Positions 25,061 through 39,149 of a DNA stretch of 64,000 nucleotides are shown piece after piece (position 1 is the stretch's first letter; the number at the start of each line of letters is the position of its first letter). The notes beneath the pieces were generated by a model, which did no database searches, had not been told where the DNA came from, and saw only the letters and a program-made list of their open reading frames with translations. The stretch spans positions 31,868,001-31,932,000 of the forward strand of contig NC_043013.1 in the NCBI RefSeq assembly GCF_006345805.1, given 5' to 3'. This DNA comes from Octopus sinensis (taxonomy: Eukaryota). Position numbers and translations under genes: made by a program.

Positions 25061-26435
25061 ATTTGATAAATCTTTACTTATCTCTGTTGTTCAAATACAT
25101 TCCACTGGCAAGTCTAAATTATTTCAACTTATTTATGATTAAATCATATGTATATATTGTGCATGTGTGGGTGCGTGCATGTATGCGTGTGTGTGTGTAC
25201 GTGAATGTTTGTGTGTGTGCGTGCGTGTTTGTGTATTTATGTATGGCAAGAGAACAGAGAAAACAATTAGTGACGTTGACTACAAACACAAATGATGTGG
25301 CTTAGGAAACGTATCTCATGGGAGCATCCTCTACACTAAATGCTCCTGCAGCTGCAACGCACCAATGAATTATACTAAGTTAAATAATAAAACTTCAATT
25401 AATTATGATTACTCAAGCAGTCACTAGACAAAATGTCCCTGTAGAAATCTTTAAAATCTAACAAAAACATCATATTCATACATGCAAGAGGATAATGTGG
25501 GTATTGATACTTTATAGCCTCCTGCTAATACTTTAAAGAATTGAGTTTGTATGCAGAGTCATTATTCTGTTTCCAATTGAATTTCTTCTAAGTTGGAAAT
25601 TTACCTCCTCACTATTACTGCCAAAAAAAGAACAATCGATAATACAAAAGCACTGATTCAATTTCCACTTGTTCTTTATGTATAAGCATGGTTCCTCTGG
25701 CAGACCATAAGTAATCAATATATCACATGGAAAAATATTACGAACAAAACGTGTGAAGCGCAAATATTTGCTATGTTGTAATATAATCGATGTCATCATT
25801 TTTTTCTATATTCTATTGAATACTATATATTCAGCTTGAGCTACAGTTAACAAATCAATTGAACACTTCCATTCTATCCATTCTACAGACAATTGTGGTA
25901 TCACTTTGTATGCTATTAAGCAGTTGTGCCTTGCCGACGCGGCTACGAATCATATGGTAAACTAAGCATTTATTATAGGCTGCTGTGCTGCAAAAAGTTT
26001 TCAATGTTGATTACATTTATTATTGAAATTAAATAAAATAGAAAGCAAGAATTTAGACCCTGCGGAGAGTTTACATCAGGCGTTGAACATTGGTGCAACG
26101 TTATTCATTTCCTCTATCTTTTCCCTTATTGTAATCAAATATTTCACATATAAATCGCTAGACGAGGATCCTTCGAGTATAGCATGGAGTTTTAATCAGG
26201 ACTCTAACAAATGCTGGAGGTACAAATTCTTCGAGCAATGAGACTTACTTTATGCTTTGTCAATAATTTATTGGCGCTGACGTAGCTGTGTGGTTAGAAG
26301 TTTTTTTTCCCAACAACATAATACCAAGTTCAGTTCCACTGCGCTGCACCTTGCACACGTGGTTTCTACTATAGTCTCTGGCCGCCTAAATTTTTACAAG
26401 TGGATATACTAGGCAAAAACTGAACGGAATTTGTC

Positions 26436-26471
<36 letters not shown>

Positions 26472-27169
26472 TATTCGATTCTTGCTAAGCCGATTTAACA
26501 TCGTTCTCTCCCTCCTCTTTCTCTCCCCCTCTATCTCTATCTGTATATATATATAGAGAGAGGGGGAGAGAGAGAGAGAGAAGATCCAATAGAATAAGTA
26601 CTGGTGTCAGTTTGTTTGACTAAAATTCTATAAGACAGTCCAGTATGGCCGCAGTTTAATGACCGGAACAAGTAAAAGGAGAAAGATAAACGATTTTAAA
26701 GTGAGGCACAAGAATGAAGGCTATTTTTTTTTTCTGTAGAGAAGTAAAGCAAAAAGAAATAAAGAAATAAGGTGAAGCATATCAAAGCAATCACCATTAC
26801 TTTTTAGCGAGTGGACAGAGGACAAGATATATTCACCTGTATTTGAATTACCAAAATCAAATTCTTTAAGTTTGCAGATTAAGGGAAAACACGTGGGTGG
26901 AAAGGCACTGAAGAGGTCAAAGGATGTGTGGAGAAGAATTTCAAAAAGAGAAAAAGCCAATGAAATAAGAACAAAATAAATCTGAAATGAAGAACGATTA
27001 TATAGTTCGTGTTTCTATTTGGAAATATAACCCCCGAAATATAACAATATCTGTTTCACCACACGATTTCACACCAGGCTTCTTACAAAACAAATACAAA
27101 AATTTATCTCAGTTTTCCTTTTACACACTAAATTGTGTGTATATAGAAATAAAACCTAAGCACGATCGG

Positions 27170-27480
27170 GGATTAGTATGGATCTCCATTTCTATTCCTA
27201 TTTAAAAGGAAACAAAATAAAATTTCTTGGATCAGTGCTTTAGATTTTTGAGAAGATGTAAGGAAGGCGTTACAAGTATCCTTCAATTAATAAATAGCAT
27301 TCAGGAATCGATCCAATTTGTAATGGAAATGAATGAAAAGAACTTGATTTTCTGGACAAGTTGTTAATTAAGAAAAATGAGATTATTATAACATATCTTC
27401 GCTTGAAGGAATACTTCAAAGCTTGCTGTCCATACCACCATATAGCATTTAATATGGCAAATCGTAATTGCTGTTCAATG
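27170..27480 (+). pseudogene. Highly decayed Penelope-like RT remnant
   Basis: GGGATTAGTATGGATCTCCA gives a frameshifted GISMGSP. INSIQESIQFVMEMNEK-LDFLDKLLIKKNEII and FKACCPYHHIAFNMANR resemble the PLE LNS.HP.I.FTME...L.FLD and HP.H...IPF..A.R motifs. Confidence 0.6.
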
Positions 27481-27919
27481 TTTCTTCTATTCAGGTACTT
27501 TTTCTATCTGTTGTTCGAAGTTCATCGTCGTAAAGGATTCACTAAGAGAATTCAGGAAGGCAATTGTACACTTTCAAAAGGCGTGGCTGCATGGTTTAGT
27601 CAAGCGATCAAGAATTCCTTATCTTCGTGCAAACTATCGTGATGTAGAAAGAGATGTAGTTTAAGGAGGTAATTTTTTAAACAGTTAAACAAAATTTTAC
27701 TTTTAACAATCAAATGACGAAAGTAAAGTATATTCGTTCATCCTTATATCACCTAAGTGCTTGATAATATTTATTTCAGAACTCCATAAACCTTTTTTTT
27801 TGCAATTCATATTTACCTTAATTTCCCAATTCTTGAATTTTTTTGGTTTTATCCAATTCAGTAAATTCCAAAATCCCACAAGAAAGATTTTCACATTTTG
27901 TTATCTACTTTATTTCTTC

Positions 27920-28506
27920 TTCAGATGTGAATTTGACTTTTCTTACACATCTTTAAAGATTTGCTAGTTGTCTTCAGCTTCTAATAATTTGTGGTTTTTA
28001 AATTATCTTTCTCAGATTTAGTGAGTGGCGTAGAATTGGAAGATGCCGTTTGGCCGAATGTCAGATAATGGTGATTCTAGGATGATCTGTAACTGCAAAT
28101 GGATTATTTATTTGTGTTTGTGTTATCCCACTCCTGGCGTATGTTTATCCCTAAGTTAGAGACTGGGAGTGATTTTACCTTGGTTATGGCATGGTGTACT
28201 AAAACTCATGGGAATTTTTGTATCTGGAGGGACAATTTTAGTTCTGGCACGTGATTCGCAAAATGCAAGTAGAAGTTACGGATACCTCATGTCTATTATA
28301 GAAGAATTCGTGACAAAGAAAGAGGTTTGGGGTGAAGAACAAATCTTCAGGGTGCAGTCAAACAGAATAGTAGTTTTCGGTGCTGTAAACTTTACATTTG
28401 TCATTTTATGTTAGTATTTTTGATTAAAGAATCACAAACTATTAGCAGCTGAAGACGAATGGTAAATCTTAAAATTTGCTTAACAAAGGCGAAATTCATA
28501 TCTGAA
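27920..28506. repeat. Diverged ~82-bp inverted repeat pair (27920-28001 and 28424-28506)
   Basis: Shared TTAAA..A.CACAAA.TATTAG.AGCTGAAGAC....AAATCTT...AAATTCAYATCTGAA. Confidence 0.65.
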
Positions 28507-29205
28507 TAAATAATCAATATATAAGCCAAAATAATTTGATCGTTCCTGCTGTAGCGTCAATTTTGATTGGTATTGCCCGATGCAGTCATACATTTGAAAG
28601 CTGCCATAATCATTTTCGTCTACAACAGACAAATGATGAAGAGATGGCCTATAGTATAAGTAATTTTAGCAAAATTAATACACATGCGAGCGTGTTGCTT
28701 TGTATGTAACTTGATATAAGTTTATATAAATGCACTATGTATGTATTTGTGTATATATAAAAAAACGGAAGCCGATTAAAGTTTACAAAAATTAAAATCT
28801 AAAGGTACATGACTGATAACTTTCCAAGCATTTGAAACGGTGAATTTGAAGAATGAAAATATCTGAAGCAGGAAACGGTAACGATATTAACAAGTACAAC
28901 ATTTTCACTATCTACATTCGCAAGGTCATATTTCTAATATATACGATAATACAAATTACAATATTGAATATTTGAAATTTCAATACATTTGTCCGCAAAT
29001 AAGAAATGAAGCATAACATATAATTCTTGTTTACTGTATGAAAATGGATGCTTTCAGGCATGACAGTAAAAAAATATTACGAAGAAAAGTTTGAGTCTTT
29101 GATCATGTTTGTTTTACATACAAACACACGTGTGTGTGTGTGTGCATGTGTGTGTATCAAAACAGAAAGAGCGAGAGAGATACACACATATTATATATAT
29201 ATATA

Positions 29206-29251
<46 letters not shown>

Positions 29252-29279
29252 CTCATATATATGTACATATATACATATA

Positions 29280-29349
<70 letters not shown>

Positions 29350-29879
29350 GATATATTTATATATATATATATATATATATATCGGTTATAAACAAATGCA
29401 TTAAAAGTAAAACCAAGCAAGACAAGTGTTGGCTGATGATTTTTATTATATTTTACTTTCGTACGAACTATAATTTTGAAAAGAGAAACTTTAATAGTAA
29501 AGTAATCGAAATCCCATCTGTAGATGAAAGACAGATTCAATTTTTAATATTGAATGTAGAAGAGAGTAATAATACATGTAGAACCAAATGGAAGCAACAG
29601 ATCAATGAATATAACTGTGTCTGTGTGTCTGATATCTATATACATATATTTATTTATGCATATATATGTATGTATAGATATACGCAGATATATATATATA
29701 TAGAGAGAGAGAGAAAGAGAGAAAGAGAGAGTCCTAGACAGATAAGTAGATATGATTACGTTATATATATAAATTGCCATCGCATACACACATAAATCAA
29801 ACACACAGATACACATACACATGTGTGTGCGTGTGTATTATTTAGATATGCATACATATACATGCATATATTCATGCAA

Positions 29880-29986
29880 TATATATATATATATTTAAAA
29901 TCAAAATAAATAAATAAATAAACATACATATATATGTATACATGTATATATACATATATATATATATATTTACATATATGTATATT

Positions 29987-30059
<73 letters not shown>

Positions 30060-30068
30060 ATATAATAT

Positions 30069-30113
<45 letters not shown>
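29880..30113. repeat. Long (TA)n-rich microsatellite; similar tracts at 1824-2060, 20418-20920, 52280-52470 and 61900-62040
   Basis: Direct reading; these explain the YIYI ORFs. Confidence 0.95.
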
Positions 30114-30118
<5 letters not shown>

Positions 30119-30341
30119 TTCGAATGGAAAGAGGTTGCTCTTTCACAAGGGTGTATTTTATCCAATCATACACCGGTTTAGCTCCGTATTAATTAATATA
30201 TTCGGAATTCATTATTTTGTTTTAGTGTAAGTGTTAAAAGACTTATTAAATTCCAGTTGTTCTTTCAGATGCTTTCATCTATTCGATGTAGAGGAACATA
30301 ATTTTAAATCCACGTATTTTGGATTTATTAAACGAGGGATT

Positions 30342-31579
30342 TATTAGATTGTGAAGAAAGTTCTTGCGGAATTTTTTATTTTGGCTTTAAATTATGTCTT
30401 TTCAAATTAATCTTCGTTAAATTACTTTGACCTTATATATCATTTTAAAGCCCGTTTTTCGCCCTATCTAATCCTATCTATCTAGGCCATTTTCTCCGGA
30501 ACGTTGAATATAAATTGGACAAAAAGGAAATTCGCACAATTTTCTTATTCCCGTTCAAGCTAGACCGAAAAGCTGCTGAAAGAGCTCGCGATATCAACGA
30601 TGCGTTTGCCCCAGGAACCACTAATGAACGTACAGCACAATGGTGTTTCAAGATATTTAGTAGCGGTGACGAGAGTCGTGATGATGATAAGCGTAGTGGT
30701 CGGCCATCGGATGTTGACAACGATCAAGTCAGAGCTTAGTGGAAGCCAATCCACGCACAGCAGTTCGAGAGCTTGCTTTTGAATTAGACGTATAGATAAA
30801 CAAAAATACTTGAAAAATGGGTGCCGCACGAATTGAACGACAAGACAAAAAAAACGCCGTTTTGAAGTGTCGTCTTCTCTTCTTTTACGCAACAAGAACG
30901 GCCCGTTTCGCGACCGGATTGTGACTTGCAATGAAAAGCGGATTCTTTACAACAACCGGCGACGCTCAACTCAGTGGTTGGATGACGACGAAGCACTACG
31001 GCACTTTTCGAAGCCAATGTTGCACCAAAAGATTGCCATGGTGACTGTTTGGCGGTCCACGACTGGTCTCAGCCGTCACAGCTGTTTGGATTCAAGAGAA
31101 ACCATTACCGCGGGGAAGTACTGTCAGCAAATGGATGAAATGCATAAGAAACTCCGACAACAACAGCCAGCATTGGTCAATAGAAAGGACCAATTCTTAT
31201 CCACGACAACGCTCGGCTGCACGTCGCACAACTGACCCTGCAGAAGTTGAACGAATTGGGCTACGAAACTCTGCCTCATCCGCCATACTCACCAGACATT
31301 TCGCCTTCTGACCACCACTTTTTGAAGCATCTCGACAATTTCCTGCGTGAGAAATGCTTCAAAAACCAAGACGATGCCAAACACGCCTTCAACAACTTCA
31401 TCGCCACCAGAACGCAGGTTTTTACGCTACTGTCATAAATAAAGTTGTTTCGCGTTGGAAAAAGTGTGTTAATTCTGATGGTGTTTATTCCGGTTAATAA
31501 AGTTTTGTTTGGGTCGAGATATGTGCATCTGAATTTAATGGTTAAAAACCGCAAGAACTTACTTGATAAACTTCTATTA
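30342..31579 (+). mobile_element. Mariner DNA transposon with decayed transposase
   Basis: MDKKEIRTIF...DDKRSGRPSDVDNDQ, WVPHELN, RIVTCNEKRILYNN, LPHPPYSPDISPSDHHFLKHLDNFLREK. Degenerate TIRs share AAGTTCTTGCGG (30358-30369, and reverse complement near 31549-31560). Confidence 0.9.
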
Positions 31580-31699
31580 ACAGAGGGAACAAAATTCGCA
31601 GTCTGATTAAACAATTGTATTTATTAAAATACATTCATATGCGAAGACACGAATAAAAACATTTTAAACAACGTCATTGAATGAACAATTCGTCGAGTG

Positions 31700-32950
31700 T
31701 TGTATACTTTGCTGGACGCTATGTTCGCAACTCAACGTTGATTTTTCCTTAAGTCTTCTAAAAAGATTCATGTCACTGAAATCAAAACTTTCAAGGCTAC
31801 TGTCTCATTTCAGCTGGTGTTGGAAGCTCTGGAACTCTCTCATCAACAGCAGCGTAGGAATAGCCATCTTCATCTCCTTTGATTTCTTTCTCAGATTGCC
31901 GAATGTCATGAATGATTTCGTCTAGCTTCTTTTCTTTAGTGATGATATTTGGTGCAACAACAGTCCTATCATCTACGGACAACCAGTTCTCAAATTGATT
32001 TTTGGTCAATCCAGTAGCGGTGAAGGTAGGATCAAACCATCGTTAACATCTATGGCTTCATATCATTCTTCAGCAGAAACAAAGCCAGCTTTAGTCCAAC
32101 AATGCTTGATATCTGGTTAGAGACCTTCTTCCAAGCTACGTTTAACATGTGCATGGCATCCAAAATGATGATGCGCTTTGGAGCTTCTCGGGAAAAAATG
32201 TCACGTTCAATGTCTTCCATAACATCAATGATCTCACGCAATTCATGTCTGAAGTAGGCTTTCAAGGTCTTGATTATCCGCATTTCACAGGGCTGCAGCA
32301 CTGACGTTGTGTTGGGAGGAAGAAATTTTAAAGTGATATAATCTTGAGATCATCAATGACTACATGAGAAGAGTAATTGTCAAGTAAGTCCATTGCTTGT
32401 CTTCCAGATTCCTGCACACGACGATCCCAAGATCTGAGCCATCTTCCATAGATTTTTTCTGTCATCCAAGCATTGGTTGAAAAGTCGTACTGAATCGGAA
32501 GCATTTTGACATTTTTTAAGCATCTTGGCGAACCATTAAGAACAAGTATTTATTGTCTCCATTCATGTTGCAGGCCACCATCAAGGTCACACGGTCCTTT
32601 GCCGTCTTAAAGCCCCTCACATATGTATTTCCTGGTAATGCACGAAAGTTGATCACAGTTTCATCGGCGTTGCAGATGTCATGTGGCTGATAGGATTTCA
32701 ACAGAGGCTGCATGTTTGTCTCATGAAATTAATGGGCTACGCTGAGGTCAACTTCAGCTGCATCACCTGCAAAGTAAGAAATATTTAGTTTGTGTTCTCT
32801 AAAGATAACCGTAACAGAGATTCCATGTCTTTTTTGCCAACGGTAAAACCAGCCTTCGGATGCCTTAAAATCTTAACCAGCAGCTTGAGCATTGGTTTCG
32901 CTTTGTGCATTAGTATCGGGCCATTGACGGGATCATTTCTCGTTCTTATT
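31700..32950 (-). pseudogene. pogo/Tigger (CENP-B-like DDE) transposase remnant
   Basis: DICNADETVINFRALP, KDRVTLMVACNMNG, FLPPNTTSVLQPC, DAMHMLNVAWKKV, and upstream PVNGPILMHKA. Several frameshifts. Confidence 0.85.
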
Positions 32951-33232
32951 TTACAATTAAGATTGCATTATACATTAGAAAGATAAGAAATGCATTTAAA
33001 TGCATAATGCAATCTTAATTGCAAAATCTTAATGAAGGTAAGAAATTGAAACGTAAGTAGACGCTAAGAAATTGATTATTACATAAATAAATTGTTTTTC
33101 TCATATGTTTTAACCTGCATTAATTTTTATTATATATATATATATATACTATATATGTATTTTCAATTTTCCTTTTTAATTGAGTGAGTGTGTACGTGTG
33201 TGTGCATATGTATATATATATATACATATAAG

Positions 33233-33338
33233 GACCGAGGCTATAGTAGAAGACATTTTGCCCATGGTGCCATGCAGTGGATCTGAACGCGGAACCATGT
33301 GGTCGGTAAGCAAGCTACTTACCTCACAGCCACTCCTC
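33233..33338 (-). mobile_element. SINE S2 5' fragment
   Basis: CCGAGGCTATAGTAGAAGACA...GGAACCATGTGG...CACAGCCACTCC. Confidence 0.8.
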
Positions 33339-34684
33339 TGCCTAGAAAATCTCAAAACAATGTTTTATATTTCGAGTATTTATGATTTCAGATCTATTCA
33401 TATTCTTAGAAAAGCATATACAAGTTGTTACATGCGACGGTTTTACTTTCTTACCGTATTCTATTCCCGTTGTTGATGGAAAAGGTCAATGGTAAAAGCA
33501 TTCAAATCATGTCGTTCCATCATTTTGTTTATTTCAGAAATGGTGTCTGGGGCTTTTGTTCTTGAGATAACTTGTCAAGATATGAAATATATTGGTTTGG
33601 CTACATTTGTTGTCATGGTAATCACGTGCAGCCTATGTCAGAGGCCATAGTATTTTATGCTATTTTTTTTTTTCACTTGATCTGGTTGTCGTTTTGTTGC
33701 AGGATATCCTCAATGAGAAGCATTTAAGCTGTGGCCAAGACCTGATCTAAAATTGTTCAGCAAAGGAAATGTTATTCAATACGTTCGTATATCGTCTCCA
33801 TATAACAGTGTAGTTACATGGTGTGCTGTTTCGAATAAGTTTTTAGAAAATCCTGATTCACATGAGTAACACAAAATTTAAACCGAAAAATATTCAATTG
33901 AGAAACAAAAGCAACACGTAATTCAAACCAACCACGTTTGTATAACTTATTCCCTGAAGCATGTTATGAAATAAGACAAAATGTACATCAGATCGCCAGC
34001 AATGGCATCTATCCATATACACCATATAACTCGATACATGATGCTATCGCTTTAACTACGCTTTTACTGTTCGTCTGTTAGCAGAGAATTATATTTACAT
34101 TCCGCTACTTTTATATCAGCACGTACGGTATACGAATATCCCAAGCGATATTGCATCGTCTAGTAAAACATGCGTAAATACAATATTACATCACTTTTAA
34201 TAAACTTATGCATGCACAGACATATGCGTGTACATTCAAGCTAGTTCGCAATTAGCTTTGACGGAGATGCAGGCATAAAAGCAATAATATCGTTATATAC
34301 ATTTTATATATCCGTCAGTGAGTGTACATGATATTTACACACACATTTATTATCTGAAACGATTTGACTCGGTTCCACGGTACTTGAAGTTCCGCAAGCT
34401 TCTAACAGGAACACAGCCCATTCAGGCTCATGTCACACATTACCGAATCTCATATCAGATTCATTCATTTGAGCCTTAACGTGAGTGGCCTGCTAAATTT
34501 TAAGTTGCATGGAGACAAATAGAACTATTTTAAATAATATATATATCACCTATTACAGGTATATATATATATTATATATATATATATATATACATACATA
34601 CATACATGCAAAACATATATGTATTTATATATAAACATATACACACACACACACACACACACATATGTATGCATATATATGTAA

Positions 34685-35370
34685 AGATCATGGAAGATAT
34701 TTCATCATCCAGGGAGCAAGAATGGCTGAGTGTGCTGTGCAGGTAAACAAACTTATCTTCAACTTTCAGAATTGCTCAACGAAGATACCTGGTTCCACAT
34801 ATAGATTTCCTGGTGCAGGCTGGAACATTACAACAGTCTTGTCCAGTCTGATGTTGAGTCCAAATGACTTTGAAGATTCATAAGTATTTGCATGTAATCT
34901 ACTATATGAGTGACTAAGTCAGAGTCCTCTCATAAAGGAGGTCACGAATAAGAGACTGGAAAACTTTTAAATTGGCAGCAAATCGGCGTAGATTAAAAAG
35001 GCAGCCAGAAGATTGATACCTGACATATATTTCCAGTTAGCTAACCTTTGCAAAAGCATGAGTAAAATCAGCAAAGTACAGAGAAAAGTAAGTTAGAGCA
35101 AGGATGTCACCATACTTGACACCATTCTCTACAGGAATGGATCTAGTCATGCAACCACCAGTATTTACCCAAGCCTCCATCCCATCATAAAATAATAGAT
35201 ACAAAGCGATACAAACATCTAGGTTTGCTAAATATTTTCCATAGGCCCTGGAAACGAGGTATGGTGCAATGCCTTAGGACTGGAATGATGCAATTATTCT
35301 TCCTCTCTATAAAGGAAAAGGAGTCAGAACAATGTGTGGTAACTCCAGAGGTATTGCTCCACAATCAGCT
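34685..35370. mobile_element. RTE-clade LINE RT fragment with an inverted segment (34685-35210 on minus, 35215-35370 on plus)
   Basis: Minus: DGMEAWVNTGG...NGVKYGDILA...LFNLRRF...LIRDLLY...SFGLNIRLDKTVVM...DKFVYLHSTLS. Plus: DWNDAIILPLYKGKGVRTMCGNSRGI. Confidence 0.8.
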
Positions 35371-35379
35371 GGTGGATGA

Positions 35380-35419
<40 letters not shown>

Positions 35420-35970
35420 GAAGATATATATATACGTATATGTATATATACATACATATATATATATATCCATATATTTCTACATGAATATATATGTGTG
35501 TGTGTGTGTATATATGTATGCGTGCATGTATAAGGCGGCGAGCTGGTAGAATCGTTAGCACGCCGGGCGAAATGCTTAGCAGTATTTCGTCTGCGGTAGT
35601 AACTGTCTATCTTCGATTAATATTGGATAAAGTAGGATCAGGTAATCGGGTGACCACTGCCCTGAAGAAAGATCTTCAATATTGGCAATAAAAAGTGGTC
35701 CTTCTCTTTTACATTGCCCCTAAACTTTTGCGAACTCCAAATATTGAAATCTGGAACAAGCTGTGGGAGTAACTCTTTGCACCATCAACTACATTATGAC
35801 CGAATATCATATGGCACAGGAAATACGGTGATAAAACGGGACACAGTAAGCTCTTTAATGAATATTCAAAGTGAATGAACCGACAGAGTTAAGGCAACAA
35901 ACATCAAGCGCCAAATCTCAAAGGCATCATCTTCCATTCGGAATCTGATAAGTTTTCTAAAAATAAAGTA

Positions 35971-36278
35971 TTTGTTGTTTGTTCCTTCTCGAGGCATGCC
36001 TGACTCATAGAGGCCCATTTCCCGGTTTCTTGGCGTATAGGTTCCCCATCTGGACGGAACGCCGGTCCATCGCAGGGGAGCTGCAAGTTGCAGGAGGAAG
36101 GAGTGAGAGAAAGTTGTGGTAGAAGAGTCAGCAGAAGTTTCGCCATTACCTTCTGTCGGAGCCGCTTGGAGCTTAGGTGTTTCGTACATAAACACACACA
36201 TCGTCCGGTCTGAGATTCGAACCCGCGATCACTCGACCGCGAGTCCGCTGCTCTAACCACTAGGCCATGTGCCTCCAC
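35971..36278 (-). mobile_element. tRNA-derived SINE family S3
   Basis: Reverse complement of the 13371-13688 element along its length. Confidence 0.9.
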
Positions 36279-37499
36279 AAAGTATTTGTAGACAACCCAT
36301 ATTTTACTTGCTAAGTAAATGTGAAGGGTAGACTCACCGTCCGACCAGACATTGATCTTCTCTACAGGACATAGAAACGATCATCGTTCCATTTTAATGA
36401 TTTTGACTATTCGTCATTAATTAAAAACATAGAAGTGAGAAGAATGAAAAATCTTACGAAAAATGAAAAAATGAAAAATCTATATTATGAACATATCTTA
36501 TCAACGAGATGAACTCCTAAAACACCGAGTCTAATCATCCGATTACATGAAGTCAGATATTTGAAACTATATTTAATGAAATGATATATTTACTAATTTT
36601 AACCTGTAATAATTACAAATAAAAATGGATGAGTTATAACGAAATGAATCTTATTTTTATTTTTCCTAGATTTAATATACTTTTAATGTTATGTATCAGT
36701 TCTTTCCGCTTGTGTAGACGTAATTATTATACTAATTTTTTTGTTTGTTTCTTTTAATAGAATATCATATCTTTTCGCTTCTATTAATTACTAATTATCT
36801 ATTCAGTTTTCCATTGCTGCCTCCATTATGCAAATTAGACAAATCATTTTCGTTCTGTCATGGTTTGCAAATACATTCCAAAATGAGACTTGCTATTGCC
36901 AGAAAACTAAATGAATGACAAATCTTTAATAAAAATAAGTTTCAAATATTCAAATACTCGGACCTGTTAGATGAGACCTTTTCTGGATGTTGAGCGAAAA
37001 ATATGAGATGTCTATTTTTCATAGAGATGCATAAATAGTTGGTTTTAACAATACAGCACACTCTTCTATTTTCCATGAAACCGGAGCAAGTCATTCAGAG
37101 CGATGTTTATCATACATATTTCTTTATTGTTTGTACAATTTAAAACTCGTTGCATATACATGTAAATTTGAGAAAATTCGAATTTTAGGGAAAAGGTATG
37201 TGATTATTCAAAATCTTTATCATGGGGGCACTGCTTCACGTCAGTCAGTGAACGTCCTCATAAGTTTCTAGAATGATAACTGAAAACAAATAAATGTAGG
37301 TGAAAGGGTAAATATGTGAATATTGTCTTTCGCAGAATATTAAAATAAATCGAAGGAAACTCCAAACCTTCTGGAACTTTTGTTTCTGTAATTTATTTAA
37401 ATCAAAAGCGGGGTTTGAATAATTACATCATTTTTCCACATATTTTCGTTGCGTTTCACCGTATATCTTCCAGGTTGCTTATTGTACCAGAGAAGATTA

Positions 37500-38330
37500 C
37501 AGCTTACCGATTTATCCGCTTCTTATTTCGTAGTAAAATCGATTACCTAGTAAAGCATGTTTGAGGAGTCCAATGAGGTGATAAGCGTAAGGCGTGAGTC
37601 CCGGACTGTATAAAGTGTGTTCCAGCAACTTGAGACCTAATATTTTAAGGATTTCAGCAGTAAGGGCGAGCGTGTGTGGGCTTACATTGTTGTGAAACAA
37701 TAACACTTGCTTTGACAACTGACCTCGGTGTTTGGTGTGAAATTCTGGTTTCAATTTGTTGGTCAACATTGCGAAAAATCCGACACTAGTGACTGTAGAA
37801 CCTGTAGAACCCTTTTTCGCGTAATGTCCAAGTTCAGACACTTTTACATTACAAACAACATATAGCATCTCTCTTCTGCAGAAGTTTGAGTCTTGAATTT
37901 GTTTGTTTGTTTTTTTTTTTTTTTGCTGCTGATTCAGAGTGTTTCCATTCCACACTCTGCTATTAGGATTCTGGATCAAAGTGACCCAGGTCTCATCTCC
38001 CTAGAAAATCTCCACCTTCATGGTTTTAGCGATTGAGTAAGCGTGGGCTGATTTCCACATGATTACTCTTATGCGCTTTGGCAAGCTCTCCAGGCACATT
38101 TCTTGCATAGATTTTATGGAAGCGAAACTTGTCTTGGATGATTTCCTTTGCAGAAACATGATTAGGTTGCTGAAAATATGCCACGTCATCAAAGGCCACT
38201 AATCGGATTGCGAGGAACATCTCCGGACCATGATGAATCTTCGCGTTAGTGGTAGAGATTGATGGGCGTCGTGATCCCTCTTTGCGCTTCACCCTTGTCG
38301 GACAATTTTAAAACTTCTCAATTCGCACAT
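37500..38330 (-). pseudogene. Mariner transposase remnant (different subfamily from 30342 and 47766)
   Basis: KEGSRRPSIST, IIQDKFRFHKIYARNVPGEL, VLLFHNNVSPHT...LLEHTLYSPGLTPYAYHLIGLLKHALLGNRF. TIRs not identified. Confidence 0.8.
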
Positions 38331-39044
38331 ACATACTTCTATGCTGTAGGGAGCTGTTCTCTATTGTTCTGAAAACCTGAATTTCAAACACTAACGCACC
38401 TTCTCATCAGAGAAATCTGATCACATATCTCTGTTTTACCTTGGTGCACACTGCCAGGGAGCAGCCATATTTAGACTCTAGCACAAGTAAGGGAACTAGA
38501 GCGATCAAGGTCAAACTGCCGTGGTGTAACCACAAAGATACTATCTCTAGCGCAGGAGTACTGAAAGCAATGCAGTCAAACTAAAAATACTTTGGCGAAC
38601 GTTTGGATAATTTCCGACTTCCCATCTCAGTATTACCAGACAATACGTTTATATAAAGATTTGCTACTGGGTCGAATTATCATCTTCCTCTCATAATGAC
38701 CGTGATTTTAACATAGCAAGTCAATAAGAGATTCTATTTCAGGACAAATACTGCAGTAACGGGCACATCGATGATGTGTGCACATGCTATATAGGTTATT
38801 GTAATTACATACTGCTTCAATTGCGAATGAAATATATATATATATATATATATATATACTAAGCAATAAGGGTTTAGCAACGAATTGCCTTACCACATAC
38901 CGAATTTAGAAATAGCAGTCAAAGGGTTATAGCTATTTCTTCTACTAAAAAGGGAGATCTCAGTAAAAACAGCAATTGGAAGGCTGACACAAACAGGTAA
39001 GAGAGAATGAATTAACTGCAATCTATCAGACATTTTTAAAGTTA

Positions 39045-39149
39045 TCCACGGACGTACGTTTCGAAATCAAGTTTTCAGGAAGCATAAGAATCAAATATAA
39101 ATATTAAATAATTCTATCTTACCGAAACTTCTTTTCTCTTCAGCGTAGA
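39045..39149 (-). ncRNA. Type I hammerhead ribozyme, canonical core, long stem II (copy 1)
   Basis: Minus strand: TCTACG-CTGAAGA-GAAA...TTTC-GAAAC-GTAC-GTC^CGTGGA. 6-bp stem I with one G-U pair; G10.1-C11.1; predicted cut between 39051 and 39050. Confidence 0.85.
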
